Source of the DNA: Gemmatimonadaceae bacterium
Lineage (GTDB): Bacteria; Gemmatimonadota; Gemmatimonadetes; Gemmatimonadales; Gemmatimonadaceae
Length of the DNA: 64,000 nt
Direction of reading: 5' to 3'
Assembly: GCA_035936715.1 (NCBI GenBank)
Contig: DASYVU010000194.1
Location: forward strand, 223 to 64,222
Shown here: positions 19,611-31,925 of the stretch, piece after piece
How the letters are laid out: every line of letters starts with the position of its first letter
How positions within the stretch are numbered: the first letter of the stretch is position 1
Notes under the pieces: model-generated
Told to the model about the DNA's origin: nothing
Databases searched by the model: none
What the model saw: only the letters and a program-made list of their open reading frames with translations
Program-made: the position numbers and the translations under genes

Positions 19611-19912
19611 CTACTGGCGCCAAGGTGGTAAAGCGCCGCGCTTGTTGTCGAGGTCCGGATTCTCGCGGAAAAGCGTAGCGGTGCGCCCAATCACCTGTAC
19701 TACAGCGGAGTTCGTCGCGAGTGCCAGGGAGTTCGCCACATCCTTGGGTTTTATGTCGTCCTTGTTGCCCAGCTTTACCTTCACCAGCTCGCGCGTGCGC
19801 AACGCATCGTCGAGCGAGCCTATCACCGACGGCGTGAGACCGTGCTGGCCGACATGAACGGTCGGATTCAGATGATGCGCTTCCGCGCGCAGTTCCGCAC
19901 GCTCTCGCCCTT

Positions 19913-19916
<4 letters not shown>
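19611..19916 (-). CDS. yhbY: YhbY/CRM RNA-binding protein
   Basis: LRA.AH.L.P.V.VG..G, ELVKVK and VQVIG. Confidence 0.9.
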
Positions 19917-22084
<2,168 letters not shown>

Positions 22085-22256
22085 TAACGAACAATCTAAT
22101 GCCTGTAGAGTCCCGTAACTGCAACTGAAGACTACCTGCTGGGGGCTTTGTGCGGGCCAGCTTTTGGCTACGGGCGTTTGCCTCTTGACGTCACTCCAAT
22201 TGACACCGACACTCCCTCGATTGTGGCGCGACTTCCATCCCTAGCCCGAGGATAGC

Positions 22257-22694
22257 ATGGCCATAAACACAAAGAAGGTGCTGATCGGAGGCTTCATTGC
22301 CGGTGTCGTCATGAACGTCATCGATTTTCTATCGAACATGTTCATCCTCGGCGCGCGTATGAAGGCAGAATCAGACGCATTCAAGCCGGGCATGGCCGAT
22401 CAGATGAATCAGAGCTCGACGACGGTCAGCTACATCGTCATGGACCTGGTACTCGGGATTCTGCTGGTCTGGACCTACGCGGCGATTCGCCCACGCTTTG
22501 GTCCCGGGTTGCGGACAGCAACCTATGTCGCAGTCCTGTTCTGGATCCTCGCCGGAATCTTCTATTCGGGATACCTGCACATGGGAATGATGTCGCAGGG
22601 ACTCTGGTGGACATTCGCGTTCTTCGGGCTGGTGAACTTTCTGGCGTCAGCGTGGGCCGGGGCCAAGTTCTACTCCGAAGAGTCCGTGGCGTAG
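22257..22694 (+). CDS. Hypothetical 4-TM membrane protein
   Basis: GAGG SD and four hydrophobic helices; YAAIRPRFGPG motif. Confidence 0.75.
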   Translation: MAINTKKVLIGGFIAGVVMNVIDFLSNMFILGARMKAESDAFKPGMADQMNQSSTTVSYIVMDLVLGILLVWTYAAIRPRFGPGLRTATYVAVLFWILAGIFYSGYLHMGMMSQGLWWTFAFFGLVNFLASAWAGAKFYSEESVA

Positions 22695-22739
22695 ACGGCC
22701 CAGCGTGTACCAATCCCATGCCGCGTTCGTCCATTTGGT

Positions 22740-22901
22740 ATGGGCAAGCTCTTCTCCTTCATCGGCGCGACGATCGGCAGCTACGCCGGTTGGGCCCTCG
22801 GCGCGACCATGGGCTTTTATACGGCATTCATGGTAAGCATGGTCGGGACGGGGTTTGGTATTTACTTCGGCCGTCGCCTCGCGAGGAATTACCTCGACTA
22901 G
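22740..22901 (+). CDS. Small Gly-rich 2-TM protein, 53 aa (not in ORF track)
   Basis: MGKLFSFIGATIGSYAGWALGATMGFYTAFMVSMVGTGFGIYFGRRLARNYLD*, ending just before a terminator. Confidence 0.7.
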   Translation: MGKLFSFIGATIGSYAGWALGATMGFYTAFMVSMVGTGFGIYFGRRLARNYLD

Positions 22902-22913
22902 CATGACTACCAA

Positions 22914-22951
22914 GAAAAAAGGCGCGCTCAGATGAGCGCGCCTTTTCTTTT
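22914..22951. terminator. Bidirectional rho-independent terminator
   Basis: AAAAAAGGCGCGCTCA-GA-TGAGCGCGCCTTTTCTTTT between convergent genes. Confidence 0.9.
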
Positions 22952-22965
22952 CGAGCCACAGTGAA

Positions 22966-23889
22966 TCAGACCGACTGCTGGACCTGCATCGGCTGAGTGA
23001 GCTTGAGCGATATACGCCCGCCGTTCGGAACGCACCCATCGTACTTGCCCGTTGCGCCGGCGACCACAGCACCCGCGGCGGCGCCAGTGGCGGCTCCGAT
23101 CACAGTGGACTTGGTGTGGTGTCCGAAGATCTGTCCGGCGATCGCGCCGATTACCGCGCCTGTTGCAACCTTCCTGGCATCGTTGCTCGCGTCACCGTTG
23201 CGCACCTTGTCCACCTGTGCGGACGTCACCGTCGAGCTCACCGGATACGTGGTGCCGTTGAACGCGATCGAGCGCACCACGAATTCCATCGTGATGTTGT
23301 CATTCGCGTTTTCGCTGCGCTTGAGCGAGGTGACTTCAATTACCGCAGTGGCACCCGCTGGAATGGCGACACCGTTCGAGCCCTGCACAGATTCAGCTAC
23401 GCTAGCTGTAAAGCGATCTCCCACAGCGTAGGTGTTCGTGCAAACACGCTGGCCCGAATAGAGAGAGATCTCCGACCCGCTGGCGATCATGCCGGTAGCG
23501 CGAGTGGATCCAGCGCTCGAGCCTTCGTTCGTGGTCACGGTGTTTCCGTTCTCGGTAACCGGCGCCTTTTCCACCGGCTGCGGCGTCGTCGGAGTCGTGA
23601 CTACCCGACGCGGATTTCTGCTTGGCGTGAGAATCTCCGACGGAGTCTGACGTTGCGCGACTCTTGGAGCCGGCGCGGCGGGATTGACGATCGGAGCCGT
23701 CGTGAGCGGAACGTCCTTGAGCTGCGGCTGCGCCATGGTGTCGGCGTTCGCCAAGCTCAGGTCGTGAGCCAATGAGGTATCCTGGGCGAGCGCGTCCTCG
23801 GGCCTGTCACCCTGCTTGCAGGCGCCCAAAGCGATCGTAACGGCAAAGAGGACGGGTGTAGCGATCCTCGAGAAAGTGGTTTTCATCAT
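22966..23889 (-). CDS. Lipoprotein with Pro-rich linker and glycine-zipper C-terminus
   Basis: Lipobox LGAC and GAVIGAIAG…GAATGAAAGA. Confidence 0.8.
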   Translation of the reverse strand: MMKTTFSRIATPVLFAVTIALGACKQGDRPEDALAQDTSLAHDLSLANADTMAQPQLKDVPLTTAPIVNPAAPAPRVAQRQTPSEILTPSRNPRRVVTTPTTPQPVEKAPVTENGNTVTTNEGSSAGSTRATGMIASGSEISLYSGQRVCTNTYAVGDRFTASVAESVQGSNGVAIPAGATAVIEVTSLKRSENANDNITMEFVVRSIAFNGTTYPVSSTVTSAQVDKVRNGDASNDARKVATGAVIGAIAGQIFGHHTKSTVIGAATGAAAGAVVAGATGKYDGCVPNGGRISLKLTQPMQVQQSV

Positions 23890-23943
23890 AATCATTTTCG
23901 GAAGCAAGAAGGGGCGCGGCCCGATTGGCCGCACCTCAGTTGC

Positions 23944-24582
23944 CTAGTAGTGCACGCCTCTCGGGACGGTCGCTCTACCGGTAATGACTCGCCCATTACC
24001 GATCGGATACGGGTAGCGGTTGCCGATAGTGGTCCGGCTGCGCGGGCGACTGTCGGTGCGTGGATCGCAAGCGTCTCCATCGGTGACAACCCCACCGCGA
24101 ATCACGACTCCCAGAATCGTTCCCAGTATCGCGCCCGCGGACGAGCCGCGATTTACGCGGCCATCGTCACCACCAGACGACGGACCGCTCGGATAGGAAA
24201 CCGCGACCGGCTGAGGACGCGGCGACACCGGAGTCGGGTCGTTGGCGACGGGTTCCGGCGCTACAGACTGAGGCTCGCTCTCCGCGACAGTGGCCGGCGC
24301 TGTGGTCTTCGCGACCTGCGGCGGGGCCTTTGGAGCCGCCTTATGGCGTCTAACGCGGGTTGAGGGCGCTGGCTGGCGCGTCGGAGGAGCGATGCGCTCA
24401 ATGGCCGAGATCACCTGCTGACCAGCATTGGGGGAGCTGTTGGCGAGCGTGATCCCATCGGACGACGAGGCAAGCGCCAGATCGTTCTTGAGATCGTCGT
24501 TCATGGCCACTTTCTTGTCGCCGCCGCAAGCGGCCAGAAGCACGGCGCCAGCTCCTGCAAGCAGCAGATAACTCTTCCGCAT
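23944..24582 (-). CDS. Pro-rich lipoprotein
   Basis: GAAGGAG SD and lipobox LAAC; DL..DLALA motif shared with the neighbouring lipoprotein. Confidence 0.75.
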   Translation of the reverse strand: MRKSYLLLAGAGAVLLAACGGDKKVAMNDDLKNDLALASSSDGITLANSSPNAGQQVISAIERIAPPTRQPAPSTRVRRHKAAPKAPPQVAKTTAPATVAESEPQSVAPEPVANDPTPVSPRPQPVAVSYPSGPSSGGDDGRVNRGSSAGAILGTILGVVIRGGVVTDGDACDPRTDSRPRSRTTIGNRYPYPIGNGRVITGRATVPRGVHY

Positions 24583-24804
24583 AAAAACTCCTTCCCGATG
24601 ACAGGGAAATGACTGCTGTGCCACGTTGCTTGCCGGGAAAACGCCCTCCGGCGGCATCTATAGAGGCAACGCGCAAGCCGGACGTTTCCTCTATGAAACG
24701 CGGGTTAACTCGGTGTTTTCGGGGAGGATGTCACCGGCGAGGGACAGGCAGTGTCTCTATTACGAGACGGCGCGCTCTTTTGGCGCGCGCTATACTTTTC
24801 GCCC

Positions 24805-25362
24805 ATGAGCGGTTTTGTCTCACCTCGTCGGCCGCGTATTTTCCGGCCGCTCACGTGGTCCGGGATTATCGGCGCGATTGTCGTCTTGTTCGCCTGCGGA
24901 CCGCGATCCGCTTCGGACATGTCCGCCGCGGATAAGAAGGCGATCGCGGACAGTCTCAAGCACCTTGTTGCCAACACCTACGACCTGTCCAAGCCCGACC
25001 CGGTGAATCGGCTCATGAGTCTCTACCCAGCCGAGGGTCGGGTGGTTTCAGCGAGTGGTGGAGTGACTACGACGACGCGCCCGCAGCTCCAGCAGGCTAT
25101 CCAGGCGTTCTGGACCTACATAGGACAGAACATGCGGCAGCCGCGGTGGGAATGGACCTCAATGACGGTCGATGTGCTCGCACCGGACGCTGCGGTGATG
25201 ACGAGCACCTATAGAATCCCGCACCTGACGCCGATGGGGATGAATCACGTCATCGGCGGGGCGTGGACGGCGGTGTTCCAGAAACGCGACGGAAAATGGG
25301 TGATCATCCAGGAACACCTGTCGGATGTTCAGAGCAACCCGAACCTCCAGACCACCCCGTAA
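24805..25362 (+). CDS. NTF2-like (SnoaL/DUF4440) lipoprotein
   Basis: Lipobox LFAC, VLAPDAAV and T.VF.KRDGKW.I..EH.S. Confidence 0.8.
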   Translation: MSGFVSPRRPRIFRPLTWSGIIGAIVVLFACGPRSASDMSAADKKAIADSLKHLVANTYDLSKPDPVNRLMSLYPAEGRVVSASGGVTTTTRPQLQQAIQAFWTYIGQNMRQPRWEWTSMTVDVLAPDAAVMTSTYRIPHLTPMGMNHVIGGAWTAVFQKRDGKWVIIQEHLSDVQSNPNLQTTP

Positions 25363-25366
25363 AACT

Positions 25367-25582
25367 CTACTCCTCCGAATCTCCGCCCGTTGCGTTCACC
25401 GATGATTTGAGCTGCTGGCCCATTTCGGCCTCGCCGCTGATGATCGCGCGCCAGGTCAGCTCCGGACCCCTGCGAAAGCCCTTCTGCGTCACCTTAACGC
25501 CCTCAGGAGAGATCGCGACCATGTAGGCCTTGCCGTCGATCGTGATCTCGCGCTTCAGGGTTTTCTCGAGTTTTGTCGCCAT
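25367..25582 (-). CDS. Small hypothetical protein
   Basis: GGAGG SD; MATKLEK.LKREI.IDG. Confidence 0.75.
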   Translation of the reverse strand: MATKLEKTLKREITIDGKAYMVAISPEGVKVTQKGFRRGPELTWRAIISGEAEMGQQLKSSVNATGGDSEE

Positions 25583-25719
25583 GCCCCCTCCGGGGAGTTG
25601 AATTGTTGGTTCGCGGTAAAATACCCCGAGACGGCTCGACCTTCGAGTCCCACCGTCCCATAAGGCGCTTAATGTAGCCTGCCTGAGCCCTCGCTCGTCT
25701 ATACCACGACGGAGATTCT

Positions 25720-26232
25720 ATGGCTTTTATGGCTTTACAAGCCCCGGGCGATGACAGCGCCCATCTCATTTACGAGTTCGAGCGGCGCGCCTATCCAGTC
25801 AGGAATTCTCTTCTGACGATCGGGCGCGACGCTGCAAGCCATATCCTGATTCGCGAGCCCGCCGTGTCACGCAACCACGCCGAGCTGAGATTGGAGGATG
25901 GCAAATTCGTTTTGCATCCGTGTGGCGTTAATCCGACCACCGTGAACGGAATGACGCTCGCAGAGCCTCGATCCCTCGCCGAAGGCGACAAGGTCGAAGT
26001 CGGCTCGGCGATCCTCACTTTCACGACGAAGCGCCTTCCCCTGGGCGTAGCGGTGATCGAGCCTGCCGGCGCGAGCAAGCGCGAAAAAGACATCAACACC
26101 CGCCGCAACACCATCAAGCACCCGATTCTCGCCGGGGATCTCGATCCCGACTCGCCGAGAAGGGTCCCGATGAACGTGATCATCATGGCGGTAATAGTGA
26201 TCGTCGTGATTCTCTACCTGCTCGGTCGGTAA
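25720..26232 (+). CDS. FHA-domain protein with C-terminal membrane anchor
   Basis: IGR, VSR.HA, N.T.VNG and L..GD...VG. Confidence 0.88.
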   Translation: MAFMALQAPGDDSAHLIYEFERRAYPVRNSLLTIGRDAASHILIREPAVSRNHAELRLEDGKFVLHPCGVNPTTVNGMTLAEPRSLAEGDKVEVGSAILTFTTKRLPLGVAVIEPAGASKREKDINTRRNTIKHPILAGDLDPDSPRRVPMNVIIMAVIVIVVILYLLGR

Positions 26233-26254
26233 AATCGCGCTGTCCGGAACGCTC

Positions 26255-27667
26255 TTAAGTTCCGGAACCCGCGAATCTAGATAGGACCATCCGCTCCAGC
26301 TCCTCTTTCATTGGCAGCAGCTCGATAGTCTCTAGAACGTCGGCCGCGAAGGCGTAAGTCAACAGCATGCGCGCCGTCTCGGGGCCGATTCCGCGGCTGT
26401 TCAGATAGAACATCGCGACCTCATCGAGTCGTCCAACCGTCGCCCCGTGCGTGCACTTCACATCATCGGCGAAGATCTCGAGCTGCGGCTTTGTGTCCAC
26501 CCGCGCGTGCGGTGACAGCAGGAGATTGTTGTTGCTCTGCTTCCCGTCTGTCTTCTGCGCTTCGGGGTGCACGTACACTTTGCCGTTGAACACCCCGTGT
26601 GACCGGCCGTCGAGGACACCCTTGTAAACCTGGTGGCTCGGGCAGTTGGGCGCGATGTGCTCGATGCTCGTCTGGTTGTCGATGTGCTGGACGCCGTCGG
26701 TGAGATAAAGTCCGTTCAGCGTGCAGGTCGCGGCAGCTCCGTCGAGCGAAGTGTAGATGTTGGTCCGCGCCAGTAACCCGCCGACCGCAAAGGAAAACGA
26801 GTGCAACTGGCTGTCGCGCTCCTGTCGGATCTGCGTCGTGCCGACGTGAAATGCCTTCTCGCTCTCGCGCTGAATCTTGTAGTGATCGACGCGTGCGCCT
26901 TCGCCAAGCGCGATCTCCGTCACCGCGTTGGTGAAGTAGCAGCTGTCACGGATGGAGACGTAGCTCTCGATTATCGTCGCGCGAGAATTCGGGGCGGCGA
27001 CTATCAGGTTTCGCGGATGCGAGACCGCTTCCCCCTCGCCCTCTGAAACGAATATCAGGTGGATGGGCTCGTCGACGACGGCGTCGGCCTGCAGCTCTAC
27101 GAACGCGCCGTCTCGAATAAATGCCGTATTGAGCGCGGTAAAGGCGTGGTCGTTGAAATTCGCAATCTTCCCGAGGTGTCGCTCAGGACGGCCGATGCCT
27201 GAGCGAATCGCTTTGGCGAGACTGTTCACCCGAACCTTCTCTCCCATGCCCGCGTAGGACGACAGGTCCGGAGAGAACTCCCCATTGACGAAAACCAGCG
27301 TGTGCCACCCGGGTTGATCGAAGGTGAAACGCTTGAGATCGGCGCGCGCCACCATTCCCGCCGTGCTCCCCTCCGACGAGATACCCGACTCACTCGTCAC
27401 CGCGACGTGAAACATCCGCTCAGCGATCGGCGCTACACTGGTGAAGTGCCAGTCCTCGTTCTTCGTCGTCGGAAATCCGAGCGCCTCGAATCGGGCCATC
27501 CCTTGCGCCTGCAGCGACTGAAGCCATTCCGGCGCAGTCGGTTGATGCCTGAAATTCGCCCGATACGCTTCGATCGGACTCAAAGCGCGAGTGTTCACTG
27601 GAGTTGCGCCGTTGTTGCCGGGAGCCGCGTTGTCACGAAAGCCTTTTCTGGTCGCAACGTCGCTCAA
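26255..27667 (-). CDS. sufD: Fe-S cluster assembly protein SufD
   Basis: E.W.FT, F.ALN.AF, AQKTD..Q and KPQLEIFADDVKCTHGATVG. Confidence 0.95.
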   Translation of the reverse strand: MSDVATRKGFRDNAAPGNNGATPVNTRALSPIEAYRANFRHQPTAPEWLQSLQAQGMARFEALGFPTTKNEDWHFTSVAPIAERMFHVAVTSESGISSEGSTAGMVARADLKRFTFDQPGWHTLVFVNGEFSPDLSSYAGMGEKVRVNSLAKAIRSGIGRPERHLGKIANFNDHAFTALNTAFIRDGAFVELQADAVVDEPIHLIFVSEGEGEAVSHPRNLIVAAPNSRATIIESYVSIRDSCYFTNAVTEIALGEGARVDHYKIQRESEKAFHVGTTQIRQERDSQLHSFSFAVGGLLARTNIYTSLDGAAATCTLNGLYLTDGVQHIDNQTSIEHIAPNCPSHQVYKGVLDGRSHGVFNGKVYVHPEAQKTDGKQSNNNLLLSPHARVDTKPQLEIFADDVKCTHGATVGRLDEVAMFYLNSRGIGPETARMLLTYAFAADVLETIELLPMKEELERMVLSRFAGSGT

Positions 27668-28431
27668 GCCGCGGCTCCCGCACCGGCATCGACGTTCTGT
27701 AACCAGTCGTAGCCCTTCTCCTCGAGCTCGAGTGCGAGCTCTTTGCCTCCCGATTTTACGATGCGGCCGTTCGCCAGCACGTGCACGAAGTCGGGGATGA
27801 TGTGATTGAGAAGACGCTGGTAGTGCGTGACGACGATCGTCGCATTCTCCGGCGAGCGGAGCGTGTTGACTCCGTGCGCGACGATCCGCAGTGCGTCGAT
27901 GTCGAGTCCGGAATCTGTCTCATCAAGAATCGCGAGTCTCGGCGATAGCACCGCCATCTGGAAGATCTCATTTCGCTTCTTCTCGCCGCCCGAGAATCCC
28001 TGATTCACCGAGCGCGAGAGCAACGCCTGATCCATGTCGACGAGCTTTAGCTTCTCTTCGACTAGATCGAGAAACTCGAGTGGATCGATTTCTTCCATCC
28101 CATTCGCTTTGCGAATCTCGTTGTACGCCGAACGGAGGAAGTAGGCGATGGAGACGCCGGGGATTTCTACGGGATACTGAAACGCGAGAAAGATCCCATT
28201 CTGCGCTCTCATCTCCGGGGCCATTTCGAGGAGATTCTGCCCGTTGTAGCTGACGCTACCCTGCGTGACCTCATACGACGGATTGCCCGCCAGCACCTGC
28301 GCCAGCGTGGATTTCCCGGACCCGTTCGGGCCCATGACAGCGTGCACCTCTCCGGCATTCACCCGAAGGGTGATTCCCCTAAGTATTTCCCGATCGCCTA
28401 TTCCGGCGTGGAGATCATTTATTTCTAGCAC
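27664..28431 (-). CDS. sufC: Fe-S cluster assembly ATPase SufC
   Basis: GPNGSGKST, FLAFQYP.EIPGV, GFSGGEKKRNE and LDETDSGLDIDAL. Confidence 0.97.
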   Translation of the reverse strand: MLEINDLHAGIGDREILRGITLRVNAGEVHAVMGPNGSGKSTLAQVLAGNPSYEVTQGSVSYNGQNLLEMAPEMRAQNGIFLAFQYPVEIPGVSIAYFLRSAYNEIRKANGMEEIDPLEFLDLVEEKLKLVDMDQALLSRSVNQGFSGGEKKRNEIFQMAVLSPRLAILDETDSGLDIDALRIVAHGVNTLRSPENATIVVTHYQRLLNHIIPDFVHVLANGRIVKSGGKELALELEEKGYDWLQNVDAGAGAAA

Positions 28432-28596
28432 GAAACCAGTGATTGAATGTTGTTTGCAGCGCGTACCATGCCTGACTGAAGAGCGTCCAATTTGCCGTGA
28501 AGGGATACCCCGGCGTTCTGGGTCCAGAGCGGAGCCAGGCCCAGGCAGCGCGGATTCTGTCGTTGAGGTTGCGCAAGGCGATGAAGAGTTAGTGAA

Positions 28597-30033
28597 TCAG
28601 CCTACGCTTCCTTCGAGAGTGATGCCGAGCAGCTGCTGCGCCTCGACCGCGAACTCCATCGGGAGCTCCTTGAACACTTCGCGGCAGAAGCCGCTCACGA
28701 TCATCGACACCGCATGCTCCGCGCTCACCCCGCGCTGTTTGCAGTAAAAAATCTGATCCTCTCCGATCTTGCTGGTCGATGCTTCGTGCTCCAGCGTCGC
28801 GGTGCTGTTCTGCACCTCAATGTACGGAAACGTGTTCGCGCCGCACTTGTTGCCGATCAGCATCGAGTCGCACTGGGTGTAGTTGCGAGCGCCGTCGGCT
28901 TTCGGAAGAACTCGGACGAGTCCACGATAGCTATTGTTCCCTTCGCCGGCGGAGATCCCCTTCGACACGATCGTCGATTTCGTGTTCTTGCCGAGGTGAA
29001 TCATCTTCGTGCCGGTGTCGGCCTGCTGCTTCTTGTTGACGACCGCCACCGAATAGAACTCGCCGACGGAGTTGTCACCCTGAAGGATCACGCTCGGATA
29101 TTTCCAGGTGATCGCCGACCCCGTCTCGACCTGCGTCCACGATATCTTCGAGTTGACGCCCGCGCACTTGCCGCGCTTCGTCACGAAATTGTAGATGCCA
29201 CCCTTTCCTTCGGCGTCGCCCGCGTACCAGTTCTGCACCGTCGAGTATTTCACCGTCGCGTTGTCGAGCGCGATCAGCTCGACGACCGCGGCGTGAAGCT
29301 GGTTCACATCGCGCTTGGGCGCCGTGCATCCCTCGAGGTAGCTCACCGATGCGCCCTCGTCGGCAATAATCAGCGTGCGCTCGAACTGTCCGGTGTTCGC
29401 GCTGTTGATGCGGAAGTAGGTCGAGAGCTCCATCGGGCACTTCACGCCCTTGGGCACGTACGCGAACGACCCATCGCTGAACACGGCCGCGTTCAATGCG
29501 GCAAAGAAGTTGTCGCTGTGCGGGACGACGGTGCCGAGGTACTTCTCGATTAGCTCCGGATGGCTCTGAACCGCTTCGCCGAAGGAGCAGAAGATGATTC
29601 CGAGCTTTCCCAGCTCTTCCCTCATCGTCGTCCCGACGGAGACGCTGTCGAAGATCGCGTCGACGGCGACGCCGGCGAGGAATTTCTGTTCGGTCAGCGA
29701 GATGCCGAGTTTTTCATAGGTGCGGAGCAGCTCGGGATCGACCTCATCGAGACTCTGGAGCGGCTTGACGCTCTTCGGTGCCGAGTAGTAGACCAGCGAG
29801 TTGTAATCGATAGCGGGGTATTTGACGTTGCCCCAATGCGGCTCTTTCATGGTGAGCCATCGGCGGTATGCCTTGAGCCGCCATTCCAGCATGAACTCGG
29901 GCTCGTTCTTCTTCGCCGAGATCAAGCGGATTATGCCTTCGTTGAGCCCAGGCGGGACGGTATCCGTCTCGATGTCCGTGACGAATCCGTACGCGTACTC
30001 GCGGTTGACCAGCGCCTCGATTCCCGAGCCCAT
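28597..30033 (-). CDS. sufB: Fe-S cluster assembly protein SufB
   Basis: [40 protein letters not shown] and LEGSVG. Confidence 0.97.
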   Translation of the reverse strand: MGSGIEALVNREYAYGFVTDIETDTVPPGLNEGIIRLISAKKNEPEFMLEWRLKAYRRWLTMKEPHWGNVKYPAIDYNSLVYYSAPKSVKPLQSLDEVDPELLRTYEKLGISLTEQKFLAGVAVDAIFDSVSVGTTMREELGKLGIIFCSFGEAVQSHPELIEKYLGTVVPHSDNFFAALNAAVFSDGSFAYVPKGVKCPMELSTYFRINSANTGQFERTLIIADEGASVSYLEGCTAPKRDVNQLHAAVVELIALDNATVKYSTVQNWYAGDAEGKGGIYNFVTKRGKCAGVNSKISWTQVETGSAITWKYPSVILQGDNSVGEFYSVAVVNKKQQADTGTKMIHLGKNTKSTIVSKGISAGEGNNSYRGLVRVLPKADGARNYTQCDSMLIGNKCGANTFPYIEVQNSTATLEHEASTSKIGEDQIFYCKQRGVSAEHAVSMIVSGFCREVFKELPMEFAVEAQQLLGITLEGSVG

Positions 30034-30073
30034 TCCAACTCCTTGGCGTTTCTATACTTCCCTTCGTAGATTC

Positions 30074-30103
30074 AATCTAAAGCAATTCTGTCGGGATAGT
30101 CAA
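30074..30103 (-). promoter_or_regulatory. Putative sufB promoter with possible Rrf2/IscR-like operator
   Basis: Minus strand TTGACT-18nt-TAGATT; overlapping TATCCCGACAGAATTGCTTTAGATT loosely resembles IscR type-1 sites. Confidence 0.35.
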
Positions 30104-30244
30104 GCAAACACCTGCGTCTCTATCCCATTGTCTCGTCAGCACTTAGGCGGCAGCAACATGTTCGGAGCCGGCCAGCTTTCCTACAATAGAGGACCTGAAT
30201 GACCGCGGCGAGAGGCCTCGAATGACCGTACCGAGAATCCTCGA

Positions 30245-30652
30245 ATGACGAGCGCACCCCGCCCCGTTTTCGATTCGCCTGCCGGCAATCCGGAGTTCGA
30301 GCCAGTAGCCTCGGTGAGTGACCTGGCCGACGGAATGGTTCTGCAACGGGTGAGGCCGAGCGGTGATGCGATTTGTCTTGTCCGATATAACGGGGAGATC
30401 TCCGCACTGAGCGATATCTGTACCCACGAGCATTTTTCGATGTCGCTGGGGGACCTGCTCGAGGATGGAACTCTTCAGTGCGCATGGCACGGCGCTCGGT
30501 ACGACTGCAGGACAGGCGAAGTGAGGCAGGTTCCGGCGACGAGCCCTCTGCCGGTATTTCAGGTCCGGCTGGACGGAGACACGATTCTGGTTGGTCCACG
30601 CTGCCAGCGGATCGACGGCAAGTACGAACAGTCTACGGTGCGAGTGCCGTGA
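30245..30652 (+). CDS. Rieske [2Fe-2S] ferredoxin
   Basis: CTHE and CAWHG.RYD..TG. Confidence 0.9.
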   Translation: MTSAPRPVFDSPAGNPEFEPVASVSDLADGMVLQRVRPSGDAICLVRYNGEISALSDICTHEHFSMSLGDLLEDGTLQCAWHGARYDCRTGEVRQVPATSPLPVFQVRLDGDTILVGPRCQRIDGKYEQSTVRVP

Positions 30653-31899
30653 AGCTGCGCCCGAATTCAGAGTCTCACTCGGACTTAAGGCTTCGGCCGG
30701 ATTTTCCCCTTCTCGCAAACAACCCGGGTCTGCATTACCTCGACTCCGCCGCGACATCGCAGAAACCGAAAGCGGTACTCGATGCGCTGCGCGATTTCTA
30801 CGAGACGGCCAACGCGAATCCGCATCGCGGGGCGTACTCGCTCTCGGTGCGAGCGACCGAATGCTATCACCAGGCGCGTGTTCGGATCGCGCAATTTCTT
30901 GGTGCCCGGGATACCGACTGTCTCATCTTCACTCGGGGTACCACGGAAGGACTGAATCTCGTCGCCAGATCATGGGGCGAGGCGAACGTCTCGAGCGGTG
31001 ACGAGATAGTCGTCACCGCGCTCGATCATCACGCGAACTTCGTCCCGTGGCAGGTGCTCGCGATGAAGAAAGGGGCGAAGTTCAGAGTCTGCGAGCTGAC
31101 TCCCGACGGCAGGATCGATCTCGAGTATTTGAGTACCATGCTCAACACGCACACGAAGATCGTCGCGTTCAATCATGTGTCGAACGCGCTGGGGACGATC
31201 AATCCGATCGCCGAGATCGTGCGACTGGCGCGCGAGAAGACCAATGCGATCCTCGTCTGCGACGGCGCCCAGAGCGCTCCGCACTTCCCGGTCTCATTCG
31301 ATTCGCTCGGCGTCGATTTCTACGCGTTCAGCGGCCACAAGATGCTGGGGCCGATGGGAATCGGCGGATTGATCGGCAAGCGCGGAATGCTCGAGGAGAT
31401 GCCGCCTTATCAGACGGGCGGCGACATGATCGAGTTCGTGTACGATGACCGCACGACGTGGAACGTGCTGCCGCACAAGTTCGAGGCGGGAACTCCCAAT
31501 GCCGCCAACGCGGTTGGGCTCGCTGCCGCCGTCGAGTATCTCGACAATATCGGAATGGATCGCGTGCTCTCGCACGAGCGCGCACTGATGTCGACCGCCC
31601 AGCAGCGCCTGGAGGCGATCGATGGGCTGCAGATCTATGGGCCACCGGCGAGCGAGCGCAGCGGGGTTGTGAGCTTCACTATGAGCGATGTGCACCCTCA
31701 CGATCTCGCGACGATACTGGACGGGGAAGGCGTGTGCATCCGCGCCGGTCATCACTGTGCGCAGCCGTTGATGCGGCGGCTCAACGTGGTCGCTACAGCG
31801 CGCGCGTCGTTCTACGTCTACAACGACGAGGGCGACATCGACGCGCTGGTGTCCGGAATCATGAAGGCGAGAGAGATTTTCGGATATGTGCCGGCCTAG
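30649..31899 (+). CDS. sufS: Cysteine desulfurase SufS
   Basis: YLDSAATSQKP, HHAN.VPW, FSGHKM.GP.GIG and RAGHHCAQP; GTGA coupling to the Rieske gene. Confidence 0.96.
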   Translation: MKLRPNSESHSDLRLRPDFPLLANNPGLHYLDSAATSQKPKAVLDALRDFYETANANPHRGAYSLSVRATECYHQARVRIAQFLGARDTDCLIFTRGTTEGLNLVARSWGEANVSSGDEIVVTALDHHANFVPWQVLAMKKGAKFRVCELTPDGRIDLEYLSTMLNTHTKIVAFNHVSNALGTINPIAEIVRLAREKTNAILVCDGAQSAPHFPVSFDSLGVDFYAFSGHKMLGPMGIGGLIGKRGMLEEMPPYQTGGDMIEFVYDDRTTWNVLPHKFEAGTPNAANAVGLAAAVEYLDNIGMDRVLSHERALMSTAQQRLEAIDGLQIYGPPASERSGVVSFTMSDVHPHDLATILDGEGVCIRAGHHCAQPLMRRLNVVATARASFYVYNDEGDIDALVSGIMKAREIFGYVPA

Positions 31900-31925
31900 C
31901 GAATTCCGCCGAACAGACGAGCGAC

